Shown one piece after another: positions 31,323 to 39,965 of a stretch of DNA of 64,000 nt; position 1 is the stretch's first letter; each line of letters begins with the position of its first letter. A model generated the notes under the pieces. That model searched no databases and had not been told where the DNA came from. It worked only from the letters and a program-made list of their open reading frames with translations. Position numbers and translations under genes: made by a program. This stretch comes from Myxococcota bacterium (GTDB lineage: Bacteria; Myxococcota_A; UBA796; UBA2385): the NCBI GenBank assembly GCA_044344255.1, contig JBIJDH010000022.1, positions 76,044-140,043 on the forward strand, read 5' to 3'.

Positions 31323-32459
31323 ATGTTCAGCCTCTCGCTCGACGCCACCCCCGCCTACTCCCCTCGCTCCGCGGCCCCCTCCCTCTCCGCGCGCCTGCAA
31401 GCCGCCGCGCGGCTGGTCGACGCGCAGGACCCCGCCGCCGAGGCCGCGCTCGCGGCGCTCCGCTCCGACACGGAGGCCGCGCAGGGCCCCGAGGAGCGGC
31501 TCGCCCGCCTCTTCTTGGGTGCGCTCGAGGCGCGGCGGGCGGGCCTCGCCGCCGACCTCGGCAACCTCTACGGCGGCGGCGCCGGCCCCGCCGAGATGCT
31601 CGGCGCCTTCGAGGCCTTCGTCCAGGACACCCCGCTCGTCCGCTTTGCACACCACGCCGCCAACGCGGCCCACCTCGCGGCCATCGGCGACGCCGCCGCC
31701 GTCCGCATCATCGACGTCGGCCTCGGCTTCGGCAGCCAGTGGGAGCCCCTCCTCCAGGCCCTCGCCCGCCGCCCCGGCGGCCCGCCCGCGGTGCACCTCG
31801 TCGGCATCGACCTCCCCGCCCCCGGGGCAGACCCGGCCGCCGGGCTCACCGCGGTCGGGGCCCGCCTCGCTCGCCTCGCCGAGGGCTGCGGCGTACCCTT
31901 CACCTTCACCGCGCTCCCCGGGCGCGTCGAGGACCTGCCGCTGCCCGAAGTCGAGCCCGGCGAGCGCCTCACCATCAACGCCGCCTTCGCGCTCCACCAC
32001 ACCGGCCCCCTCGATCGCGACCCCACGCTGGCGCGCCTCGCGGCCACCGGCGCCCACGCCATCGTGCTCTGCGAGCCCGAGGCGGACCACGACGCGCCGG
32101 CCTTCCCGGCCCGCCTCCGCGCCGCGCTCCGCCACTACGGGCTCGTCTTCGACGTCCTCGACCGCTGCCTCCGCGAGCGCCCGGCCGCCCGGGCCGTCAT
32201 CGAGGGGCAGTTCTTCGGTCGCGAGATCCACAACGTCGTCGTCGGCGAAGGCGCCGCGCGGGTCGAACGCCACGCGCCCCACGCCGACTGGTCCCGCCGC
32301 CTCCGGGCCGCCGGCCTGTCGCCGGTCTCCCTCCGCACGAGGCCGGACAGCCAGCTCCGGCTCCCCGACGGCGTCGCGGTGGTGCCCCTGGGCTCGGCCA
32401 CGGCCCTCACCGTGGATGGAGAGCCCCTGGTGGTGGTCTCGGCGTGGCAGCCGAACTGA
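31323..32459 (+). CDS. Stand-alone bacterial GRAS-domain protein
   Basis: GRAS motifs in order: ERLARLFLGALEAR (LHRI); PLVRFAHHAAN and VRIIDVGLGFGSQWEPLLQALARRPGGPPAVHLVGID (VHIID); GARLARLAEGCGVPFTF (LHRII); RLRAALRHYGLVFDVLD (PFYRE); REIHNVVVGEGAARVERH...WSRRLRAAG; terminal VSAW. GGAG RBS. Confidence 0.93.
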   Translation: MFSLSLDATPAYSPRSAAPSLSARLQAAARLVDAQDPAAEAALAALRSDTEAAQGPEERLARLFLGALEARRAGLAADLGNLYGGGAGPAEMLGAFEAFVQDTPLVRFAHHAANAAHLAAIGDAAAVRIIDVGLGFGSQWEPLLQALARRPGGPPAVHLVGIDLPAPGADPAAGLTAVGARLARLAEGCGVPFTFTALPGRVEDLPLPEVEPGERLTINAAFALHHTGPLDRDPTLARLAATGAHAIVLCEPEADHDAPAFPARLRAALRHYGLVFDVLDRCLRERPAARAVIEGQFFGREIHNVVVGEGAARVERHAPHADWSRRLRAAGLSPVSLRTRPDSQLRLPDGVAVVPLGSATALTVDGEPLVVVSAWQPN

Positions 32460-32522
32460 GCGGGCGCCGCTCACCTCCCACTCACGCCGGATACGCGCTC
32501 CACACCTTCGGTCTGCTCGGCC

Positions 32523-33926
32523 TCAGCCCCGCCGACGCAGCCCGAGGGCCAGCCCAAAGAGGCCGAGGCCGACGAGGCCGGTGACCGGAGCGCGAGGCGC
32601 GGAGGCACAGCCGCAGCCGGCCTTCTCCGCGGGCTCCGCGGCGCCGCCGCCATCCTCGGCGGCGCCGTCGGCCCCGTCGGCCCCGTCGGCGCCGCCCGCC
32701 CCGTCGGCGCCGTCCGCGCCGTCCGCGCCGTCGCTGCCGCCGCTGTCACCCTCCCCGCTGGTGTCACAGAGCTCGATACACTCGCGATTGGCGGTGGTGT
32801 CGTCGGCGAAGCTCAGCACCTTGTCTTCGAGGATGTTCGAGGTGTAGAAGATGAGGTCAGCGGAGGCCTGCTCGGGGGTGTAGCGCATCCGCATGCGGGT
32901 CATGAAGTGACTGTCAAAGGCCCCGACGAAGCCCAGGTCCTGGAGGTCCTGCTCGGTCGGATAGACGCCGGTGCAGGGGTTGCAGGAGGAGATGCCTCCG
33001 CTGAACTCGGTGGTCCAGCCCGCGGTGCCGGTGGCGGCCCAGGCGCTCGTGAAGCGCTCCTCGTAGAAGGCCTTGAAGTCGTCGGTGGGGGCGCCCCAGA
33101 TGCAGCGGTCGGGGACGTCGAACTCTGTGTAGTTCGAGATGCCCACCTTCCCCGCCGCGCCGTCTACGATGGTGTAGATCACCATGTCCTGGCTGCCCGG
33201 GGAATTGAGCGTGGCGAGGCGAATGGGGACGGAGAAGACCTCGCTCTCATAGGAGACCTGGAGCGGCGACAGGGACGAGCCGTCGGCCATCGCTGCGGTG
33301 TCGGCCACCTGGGCCGCGAAGAAGAAGCTGCCGGCCTCGATGTACTCGGCGAGGATAGGGTCCGCGCCGGGGGCGAGCTGGAAGCCGTGCCCGTCGAGCC
33401 ACTCCTGGAGCGCGCCCGACTCCTCGGCCGAGAGGATGAAGACCCGGTACTCCCCCACGAGGTACTCCGCGACCACGTCCACCTCGCCGTCGTCTCCGCC
33501 GCCGCCCCCGGCGCCGTCTCCGCCCTCGGCGTTGGAGGGGATGCAGCCGGCGTCCGAGACGTGGCGGGGCCCCGTGTAGCCGTCGAGGCGGGCGAAGACC
33601 TCGGCGTCGAGGGTCTTGACCTCCTCCTCGGAGGGCACCTCGGGGACCGGGAGGAGGAGCGCGAAGTCTTGCGGCTCCCCGCTCGGGTTGACCGACACCG
33701 AGAAGGTGGTGCGGTTGCCCTGTCGCACCAGGGCGAGCCGCGCGACGTCAAAGCTGAGCTGGGAGGGGGTGCCGGTGACCAGCGTGGGGCAGGCCCAGGC
33801 CGAGCCGCCCACCGCCGAGAGGGCGAGGAGGAGGGACAGGGTGAGGCGCGCGGGGCGGGGCAGGGCGGTGGGCACGGGGGCTCCGGGGCGAGGGCGAGGC
33901 CCCGAGGATAGCCGGGCGTCGCTCAA
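32523..33926 (-). CDS. DUF2330-like surface protein with (GAD)n linker and MYXO-CTERM-like tail
   Basis: Signal ending AWAC, DFALLLPVP, LQEWLDGHGF, PLQVSY..IPIRL-like motif; C-terminus GCGCAS + hydrophobic helix + RRRG. Confidence 0.8.
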   Translation of the reverse strand: MSDARLSSGPRPRPGAPVPTALPRPARLTLSLLLALSAVGGSAWACPTLVTGTPSQLSFDVARLALVRQGNRTTFSVSVNPSGEPQDFALLLPVPEVPSEEEVKTLDAEVFARLDGYTGPRHVSDAGCIPSNAEGGDGAGGGGGDDGEVDVVAEYLVGEYRVFILSAEESGALQEWLDGHGFQLAPGADPILAEYIEAGSFFFAAQVADTAAMADGSSLSPLQVSYESEVFSVPIRLATLNSPGSQDMVIYTIVDGAAGKVGISNYTEFDVPDRCIWGAPTDDFKAFYEERFTSAWAATGTAGWTTEFSGGISSCNPCTGVYPTEQDLQDLGFVGAFDSHFMTRMRMRYTPEQASADLIFYTSNILEDKVLSFADDTTANRECIELCDTSGEGDSGGSDGADGADGADGAGGADGADGADGAAEDGGGAAEPAEKAGCGCASAPRAPVTGLVGLGLFGLALGLRRRG

Positions 33927-34996
33927 CCCGCCTGCGCACCCGCGTCGAGGGCCCAGCGGACAGGCGCCTCGTGCCGCCAGGGCCGGAGCTCGGCGCCCGC
34001 GCCGAAGGGCAGGCTCGGCGGCGGCGTCCAGTCGCGCCGCGTAAGGGTGACCGCCCCCTCGTTACGCGGCAGCCGATAGAAGTCGGGCCCGTTCTCGGAG
34101 GCGAAGGCCTCGAGGCGGTCGAGCGCCCCCACCGCGTCGAAGGCCTCGGCATAGAGCTCGATGCCGGCGTGGGCGGTGTAGCAGCCCGCGCAGCCGCAGA
34201 TGGCCTCCTTGCGGGAGACCGCGTGCGGCGCGCTGTCGGTGCCGAGGAAGTAGCGGGAGGGCCCGCGGGTGGCGGCCTCCAGAAGGGCCTGGCGGTCGGT
34301 CTCCCGCTTGAGCACGGGGAGGCAATAATAGTGGGGCCGGACCCCGCCCACCAGCAGGTCATTCCGGTTCGCCAGCAGGTGGTGGGCGGTGAGGGTCGCC
34401 CCGACCGCGGGCCCGGCGGCGTCGACGAAGGCCACCGCGGCCGCCGTCGTGAGGTGCTCGACCACCACGCGCAGGTCGGGCAGGCGGCCCAGCAGGGGCC
34501 CAAGCACCCGCTCGAGGAAGACCCGCTCCCGGTCAAAGATGTCGATGTCGGGGTCGGTCACCTCGCCGTGTACGAGCAGCGGCAGCCCGACCCGGGCCAT
34601 GTGCGCGAGCACAGGCTCGACCTGGGACAGGGACCGCACCCCGGCGGACGAATTGGTGGTGGCGCCCGCGGGATAGAGCTTCACGCCGACGATGCCCGCG
34701 GCGACCGCCTCGTCGATGTCTCCCTCTGTGGTCTCTTCGGTGAGGTAGAGGGTGAGCAGGGGCTGGAAGGGCCGCTCGGGACAGGCGGCCTGTCGGGCCC
34801 GCTCGATGCGCTCGCCATAGGCCAGGGCGTCGGCCGCCCGCCGGAGGGGCGGCAGCGTGTTCGGCATCACCACCGCCCGCACGAAGCGGCGCGCCGTGTC
34901 GCCGATGACGGCCTGGAGGGCCTCGCCGTCACGGAGGTGGAGGTGCCAGTCATCGGGGGCGCGGAGGGTGAGCCGGTCAACGGTGGGGGGCGTCAT
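33923..34996 (-). CDS. pyrC: Dihydroorotase (type II)
   Basis: PDDWHLHLRDG, VMPN, KLYPAGATTNS, LVHGEVT, VEHLTT, YCLPVLKRE and FLGTDSAPH. Confidence 0.97.
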   Translation of the reverse strand: MTPPTVDRLTLRAPDDWHLHLRDGEALQAVIGDTARRFVRAVVMPNTLPPLRRAADALAYGERIERARQAACPERPFQPLLTLYLTEETTEGDIDEAVAAGIVGVKLYPAGATTNSSAGVRSLSQVEPVLAHMARVGLPLLVHGEVTDPDIDIFDRERVFLERVLGPLLGRLPDLRVVVEHLTTAAAVAFVDAAGPAVGATLTAHHLLANRNDLLVGGVRPHYYCLPVLKRETDRQALLEAATRGPSRYFLGTDSAPHAVSRKEAICGCAGCYTAHAGIELYAEAFDAVGALDRLEAFASENGPDFYRLPRNEGAVTLTRRDWTPPPSLPFGAGAELRPWRHEAPVRWALDAGAQAG

Positions 34997-36726
34997 GTCA
35001 GTCCACGGGGGTCACGGGCCTGGACCCAGGAGAGGAGCGCGAGCCCGCGGGCCCGGGGGAGCGCCGCGGCCTGGGCGCGAGAGAGGGCGGCCCGATCGAC
35101 GACCGCGAGCAGCGCGGGCTCCGCGGCCAGCGCGGGGAGCGTCGCGATGAGGGCGGGCAGGGCGAGCTCGTCCGGCAGGCGGGAGAGGGAGCGGATAAAG
35201 CGCTGCAGTGCGGACTCGGCGAGGCCACCGGCGCTGGCGGCGGCGAGCCCGGCGGCCAGTCGACCGACGAGAGACGCCGCCGAGGCGACCTCTCCGCGGT
35301 GTCGGGCCTCGTCGAGGGCCCCCTCGGCCTCCTGATAGAGCCGAATGGCCGCGGCGGGCGCCCCACCCTCCGCCGTCGCCCCGGCGAGGTGGACGAGGAG
35401 CTCCGCCCGGAGCAGCGGGAGGCCCACGGTGCGGGAGAGATCGAGGGCCTCCACGAGCGCGCCAGCCGAGACGAGGGCGCGGGTGAAGAGCCGCTCGACG
35501 GGCTCTGGCCCCTGTCCGGGCAGATCGACCACCAGCGGGGCGGGCCACTCGCCGAGGGTCCGGTGCATTGCGCGGGTCGCCAGCCCGAGGTCGCCCACCG
35601 CCGCCCGGAGCAGCGCCCCATAGACCAGGGGCTCGGCCTCGGGCGGGCCCGCGGCGGCGCTCGCCTCCAGGGCCGCCGCCGCGCGCCGCGCCCGCTCGGC
35701 CTGGCCGGTGATGATCTCGAGCTGGCCGAGCGCGTAGCACCAGGCCGGCGGCACGACATCCTGGCGGCGGAGCGCGTCCCTCAGCGCCGGCGCGAAGGGG
35801 CGACGCCGAGTCGCCAGGGCATAGAGCGGCCGCCAGGCATAGGGCGACTGGGGCTCTGGGGGGAGAGGGTCTCTCGCCACCCGCCGGACGAACGAGTCAA
35901 AAGCAGCGACGGCGCCCTCTTCGTCTCCATAAACGAGCCGAGCCTCGAGCAGCCGACACAGCGCATCCGCCCCGGCGAGGCCTCCAGCGGCCGGCGCGTC
36001 CACCGCGGCCTCCCAGAGCGCGAGCGCCGCTGTGAGCGCCCCGTCGCCGAGCAGCAGCTCACCCACCTCGGCCGCGACGAGCAGGCCAGGGAGGCCCTGG
36101 GAGAGGCCGCTCCGGGCGAGGTCCAAGGCGCGGTCGGGCCGGCCCCCTGCGAGGGCCACCGCGGCGAGGCCCCGGCGGGCGACGCGCGCGTCGTCGGGAT
36201 CGGCGATCCGATCGGCGGCCGCGAGGGCGAGGGACCAGGGCGCTCCGAGGCCCGGATAGGCGACGTCCATCGGGCAGGCCGCGCAGAGGGCCGCCAGGGC
36301 CTGGGCCCGGGGCAGCCGCCCCTCGCCGATGTGCGGGAGCAAGACGAGCGCCTCCTCCACCGCGCCGAGCCCCGCGAGGCCCGCGAAGAGCCGCGCGCGG
36401 GCAATGTCGGGGCCCATCCAGCCCGGGCGCGCCCGCCACCGCTTGGGGGCGCGGAGCCCGTCTCGGGCCAGGAGCAGGTGGCGGAGGGCCTCCCCCGGCG
36501 CCTCCCCGGTCCGAGCGGCCGTGTCGGCCATCAGGGCGTGCAGCCAGGCGCACCCAAGCGGGTCGTCGAGGTCGAGCAGCACCTCGCGCGCGAGGTCCAC
36601 CGCCCCGGAGCCGAGGGCCGCGGCGCCCACCGCCTCGAGCAGCTCGGCGCGGAGCTCGGGCGGCTCGACGGTCCAGGCGAGGTCAAGGGCCTCTGTCAGC
36701 AGGCTACCGAGGGTCGACTCTGGCAT
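34993..36726 (-). CDS. Hypothetical alpha-helical repeat protein
   Basis: Long Ala/Leu-rich ORF whose stop overlaps the pyrC start; GGAG upstream of ATG 36726. Confidence 0.65.
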   Translation of the reverse strand: MPESTLGSLLTEALDLAWTVEPPELRAELLEAVGAAALGSGAVDLAREVLLDLDDPLGCAWLHALMADTAARTGEAPGEALRHLLLARDGLRAPKRWRARPGWMGPDIARARLFAGLAGLGAVEEALVLLPHIGEGRLPRAQALAALCAACPMDVAYPGLGAPWSLALAAADRIADPDDARVARRGLAAVALAGGRPDRALDLARSGLSQGLPGLLVAAEVGELLLGDGALTAALALWEAAVDAPAAGGLAGADALCRLLEARLVYGDEEGAVAAFDSFVRRVARDPLPPEPQSPYAWRPLYALATRRRPFAPALRDALRRQDVVPPAWCYALGQLEIITGQAERARRAAAALEASAAAGPPEAEPLVYGALLRAAVGDLGLATRAMHRTLGEWPAPLVVDLPGQGPEPVERLFTRALVSAGALVEALDLSRTVGLPLLRAELLVHLAGATAEGGAPAAAIRLYQEAEGALDEARHRGEVASAASLVGRLAAGLAAASAGGLAESALQRFIRSLSRLPDELALPALIATLPALAAEPALLAVVDRAALSRAQAAALPRARGLALLSWVQARDPRGLT

Positions 36727-36806
36727 GGTCCACTCCCCTTCGGCGGCGCGCCAGCGAAACAGCCTATCTCCCCATGCCGCCCGCGGGCCACCGACCATCG
36801 CGCCCC

Positions 36807-37250
36807 TCAGCCGAGCATGCGGGCCCGGGCCGCCGCCGCGGCGGGGGCGGCCTCCGCCTCGGGCGCCTCGGGGCCCGCCTGCCGGGGCCGAAGGGGCGGG
36901 GCGCCCTCGAGGGCGGCGAGCTCTACATGGGCTCGCACCAGGGCGCTCACCTCCCGCTCGACCCCCTGGGCCTGCTCGTCCACCCGCTCGAGGCCGGCGC
37001 CGGACTCGCCGACGAGGTCGAGCTGGGCGACGTCCAAGGCCAGCGACTTGACCGCCTGCCGGAAGCCCTCGATCCGCGCCGACACCCGGTCATGGGCCGC
37101 GACGAGCGATCGCCGCTCCTGGATGCGCCGCTCGACGGCCTGGGCGTTCTGGGATCAGAGGGCCTTCGCCGCCGCGTCCTGCCCTACGGCCTGCGCAGCC
37201 CGGGCCTGCCGGGTGAGGTAGCCCCGGAGGAGGGCGCCGCCCCGCCGTCC
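36807..37250 (-). pseudogene. Probable gene remnant (coiled-coil-like) with an in-frame TGA
   Basis: The frame of ORF 36807-37085 continues upstream as ...LRGYLTRQARAAQAVGQDAAAKAL*SQNAQAVERRIQERR..., with TGA at 37155-37157 and no clear start before the tandem repeat. Confidence 0.5.
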
Positions 37251-37255
37251 GGGAA

Positions 37256-37313
37256 CAGAGGTCGACGGGGTCAGAGGTCGACGGGGTCAGAGGTCGACGG
37301 GGTCAGAGGTCGA
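37256..37313. repeat. 16-bp tandem repeat CAGAGGTCGACGGGGT, about 3.6 copies, containing the nrtR stop codon
   Basis: Copies begin at 37256, 37272 and 37288, with a partial copy at 37304. Confidence 0.92.
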
Positions 37314-37986
37314 AGAGGAAGCCCCGCTCACAGAGCGCATCGTATCGTGTGCGGTCGAAACGATAGAGGCGCGCCGCCCGGTGGGCCACGCCCTGCTCCA
37401 CGGCGCCCGTCTCGACCAGGAAATTCATGGCCTGCAGCTTCCGCCGGAAATTGCGCTTGTCGAGCGGGCGGCCGAGGATGATCTCGTAGAGCCGCTGCAG
37501 GCGGGAGAGCGGGAAGGCCTCGGGGAGGAGCTCGAAGCCCACGGGCTGGTAGCGCACCTTGGCCTGGAGGCGCTGGAGCGCCACCGAGAGGATACGGGCG
37601 TGGTCGAAGGCGAGGGCCGGCAACCCATCGACCGGGAACCAGGCGGCGCCGCTGGCGTCGGAGGCGGCGCGCGGCACATAGGCCTCGGGGCGCACGAGAC
37701 CCCAATAGGCGGTGGAGATGACCCGCCCCCGCGGGTCCCGACCGGGGTCTCCGAAGGTGTAGAGCTGCTCGAGGAAGTGGAGCCCCACGCCCGCCTCCTC
37801 GCGGAGCTCGCGCTCCACGGCGGCCTCGAGGGACTCGCCGGAGAGCACGAAGCCGCCCGGGAGGGCCCAGCTCCCGAGGAAGGGGGGGATAGCCCGCTCG
37901 ATGAGCAGCACGAGCAGGCGCTCCGGCTCCGCCCCGAAGACGACCGCGTCGACCGCGAAGAGCGGAGCCTCGAAGCCCTCCTTCAC
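37303..37986 (-). CDS. nrtR: NrtR-family Nudix transcriptional regulator
   Basis: WALPGGFV..GESLEAAVERELREEAG (Nudix box), EQLYTFGDPGRDPRGRVIS, LAFDH and wHTH LDKRNFRRK...HRAARLYRF. Last gene of the NAD operon. Confidence 0.92.
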   Translation of the reverse strand: MKEGFEAPLFAVDAVVFGAEPERLLVLLIERAIPPFLGSWALPGGFVLSGESLEAAVERELREEAGVGLHFLEQLYTFGDPGRDPRGRVISTAYWGLVRPEAYVPRAASDASGAAWFPVDGLPALAFDHARILSVALQRLQAKVRYQPVGFELLPEAFPLSRLQRLYEIILGRPLDKRNFRRKLQAMNFLVETGAVEQGVAHRAARLYRFDRTRYDALCERGFLFDL

Positions 37987-39965
37987 TCCGCCTCCGACCG
38001 CGCCCGGAGCTGCCCGAGCTCCCGCGCGAAGCCCCCCGACAGGATGGGGAAGCGGCACCAGGAGCGGGGGTCGAGGTTCTCGTCGTCGAGGTGAAAGGAG
38101 GGGGCGTATCGCTCGCGCTTCCACTGGTTCGTGCACCAGAGGCGGAAGAAGCGCTCTACCCACATCGCCAGCATCGCCCGCGTGAACTGGGGGAACCAGA
38201 CACAGAGCAGCCGATGGACCTCCGAGGGCTCGAGCTTGTCGCGGATGGCCGCCCGCTCGATGGCGTCGAGCACGGGATAGGGCATCAGGTCGTCCTCGTC
38301 GGTCTGGTGCCGCTCGGGCGGCCGGAGCTCGGCGGTGGGCTGGAGCGCGTTGACCACATCGAGGCCGGCGACCGGGCCGAGCCCCTCGGGCCCCACCGCG
38401 CCCACCCAGCGCAGCCACTCGCGGAGGTAAGCCTTGTCGATGCCGGCGATGGGCGACAGGCCGCCGCAGGTGTCTCCGTCCATCGTCGCGTAGCCGACCG
38501 CGGCCTCGGAGCGGTTGCTGGTGGCGAGGAGGAGCTTGCCCTCGATGTTGGCGAGCATCCAGACGCCCGGCGCGCGCACACGCGCCTGGATGTTCTGGAG
38601 CGCGATGTCGTCGGTGCGCCAGTCGAGCGGGCGGCCGAGGGTGTCGGCAACCATCCCGGTGTATCCGTCTACCAGAGCGTCGATCTTCCAGAGGTGGAAG
38701 GTGGCGCCGAGCCCCAGGGCCACGGTGCGGGCGCTGTGGAGGGTCTCCTCGGAGCTGTTCTCGGTGGCCTGATAGACCGTCGTGAGGAGGCGCGCCGTCC
38801 AGTCGGCGGGATCGGCGGGCAGGTCTTTGATGTGCCGCAGGCGATGGGCCACCCGCTCGGCGCCGATCTCCCCCACCGCGAAGCGCAGCGAGAGGGCGCA
38901 GAGCGTGGCCACCGCCGCCGAGTCGGCGCCGCCCGAGAGGGAGACCATCCAGCCCCGCGCGCGCGACTTGACGAGGTAATCAAAGAGGCCGAGGGCGACG
39001 GCGCGTGTGAAGCTCTCGAAGCGCGCCGAGGGGCCGGTGTCCCAGGACTGGCGCACCGGGACGGGGAGGGCGGGCTCGACGTCGGGCCACACGAAGGGCA
39101 GCCGCACCACCTCGTCGCCCGGGTCGCCGGGATCGCTCCGCAGGCTGGCGGTGCGGCCGCGGCTGACGCGGTTGGCCTCCACGTCCACCACCGCGGTGGT
39201 CAGATAGACCTCGTCGAAGCCGAGCGAGGGCCCGTTAGCGAGGAGCTTGCCGCCGCTGCCGATGAGGCCCGCCCCGTCGTAGAGGATGCGGCCGGCCTCG
39301 TTGCCGACGAGGTTCGCATAGAGGTAGGTGACCCCGAAGGCGCGCGAGCCATCGACCACGAAGCGCTCGCGCACCGCTCGCTTGCCGAAGGCGAAGTGGC
39401 TGCCGCTCGGGTTGAGGAGGAAGTCAATCCCGTGCTGGGTGAGGGCGGCCCCGGGCCGCAGCGCCACCCAGGCCTCCTCACAGATCTCAAAGCCGACCCG
39501 CACGCCGCCGAGGTCAAAGAAGAGGTCGCCCATCGGGACGCCGGCCCCCTCCCCCACCCGCGTGCGCACCCCGAGCGGCCAGGGCTTGAACCAGCGCGGC
39601 TCGTAGTGGACGCCGTCGCCGGCGAGGTGCCGCTTGGCCACGAGGCCGGCGACCCGCCCATCGACCAGCAGGGCGGCCGAGTCATAGACGGCGGCGTTCA
39701 CCACCACCGGCAGGCCCACACAGACGATCATCCCACCCGTGGCGCTCGCGATCTCGCCCAGGATCTCCCAGGCCGTCCGGCTGACGAAGGGGCTGTGAAA
39801 GGCGTCCTCACAGCCGTAGCCGGTGATACACAGCTCGGGCAGCACGAGCAGGCTCACCCCGGCGGCGCGGGCCTCGCCGATGGCGCGGAGGATGCGGGAG
39901 AGGTTGCCCGCCCAGTCGAGGGGGGTCTGATTGACGGCGGCGACGCCGACCCGAATGAGCTTCAC
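37983..39965 (-). CDS. nadE: Glutamine-dependent NAD+ synthetase
   Basis: Nitrilase-type domain (PELCITGYGCED, YEPRWF, EICEE) plus synthetase domain (LSGGADS, QNIQARVR, TSNRSE, PTAELRP, NQWKR). Confidence 0.96.
   Translation of the reverse strand: MKLIRVGVAAVNQTPLDWAGNLSRILRAIGEARAAGVSLLVLPELCITGYGCEDAFHSPFVSRTAWEILGEIASATGGMIVCVGLPVVVNAAVYDSAALLVDGRVAGLVAKRHLAGDGVHYEPRWFKPWPLGVRTRVGEGAGVPMGDLFFDLGGVRVGFEICEEAWVALRPGAALTQHGIDFLLNPSGSHFAFGKRAVRERFVVDGSRAFGVTYLYANLVGNEAGRILYDGAGLIGSGGKLLANGPSLGFDEVYLTTAVVDVEANRVSRGRTASLRSDPGDPGDEVVRLPFVWPDVEPALPVPVRQSWDTGPSARFESFTRAVALGLFDYLVKSRARGWMVSLSGGADSAAVATLCALSLRFAVGEIGAERVAHRLRHIKDLPADPADWTARLLTTVYQATENSSEETLHSARTVALGLGATFHLWKIDALVDGYTGMVADTLGRPLDWRTDDIALQNIQARVRAPGVWMLANIEGKLLLATSNRSEAAVGYATMDGDTCGGLSPIAGIDKAYLREWLRWVGAVGPEGLGPVAGLDVVNALQPTAELRPPERHQTDEDDLMPYPVLDAIERAAIRDKLEPSEVHRLLCVWFPQFTRAMLAMWVERFFRLWCTNQWKRERYAPSFHLDDENLDPRSWCRFPILSGGFARELGQLRARSEAE

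Noticed and set aside
31323..32459. GRAS gene as plant contamination or misassembly
   Set aside because: It has host-like GC and codon usage, a bacterial RBS, no introns and no plant-type N-terminal extension, and it sits seamlessly among bacterial genes.
37155..37157. Recoded TGA (selenocysteine or Trp readthrough)
   Set aside because: There is no redox-motif context, other genes use TGA as a normal stop, and the frame lacks a start. A nonsense mutation in a remnant is simpler.
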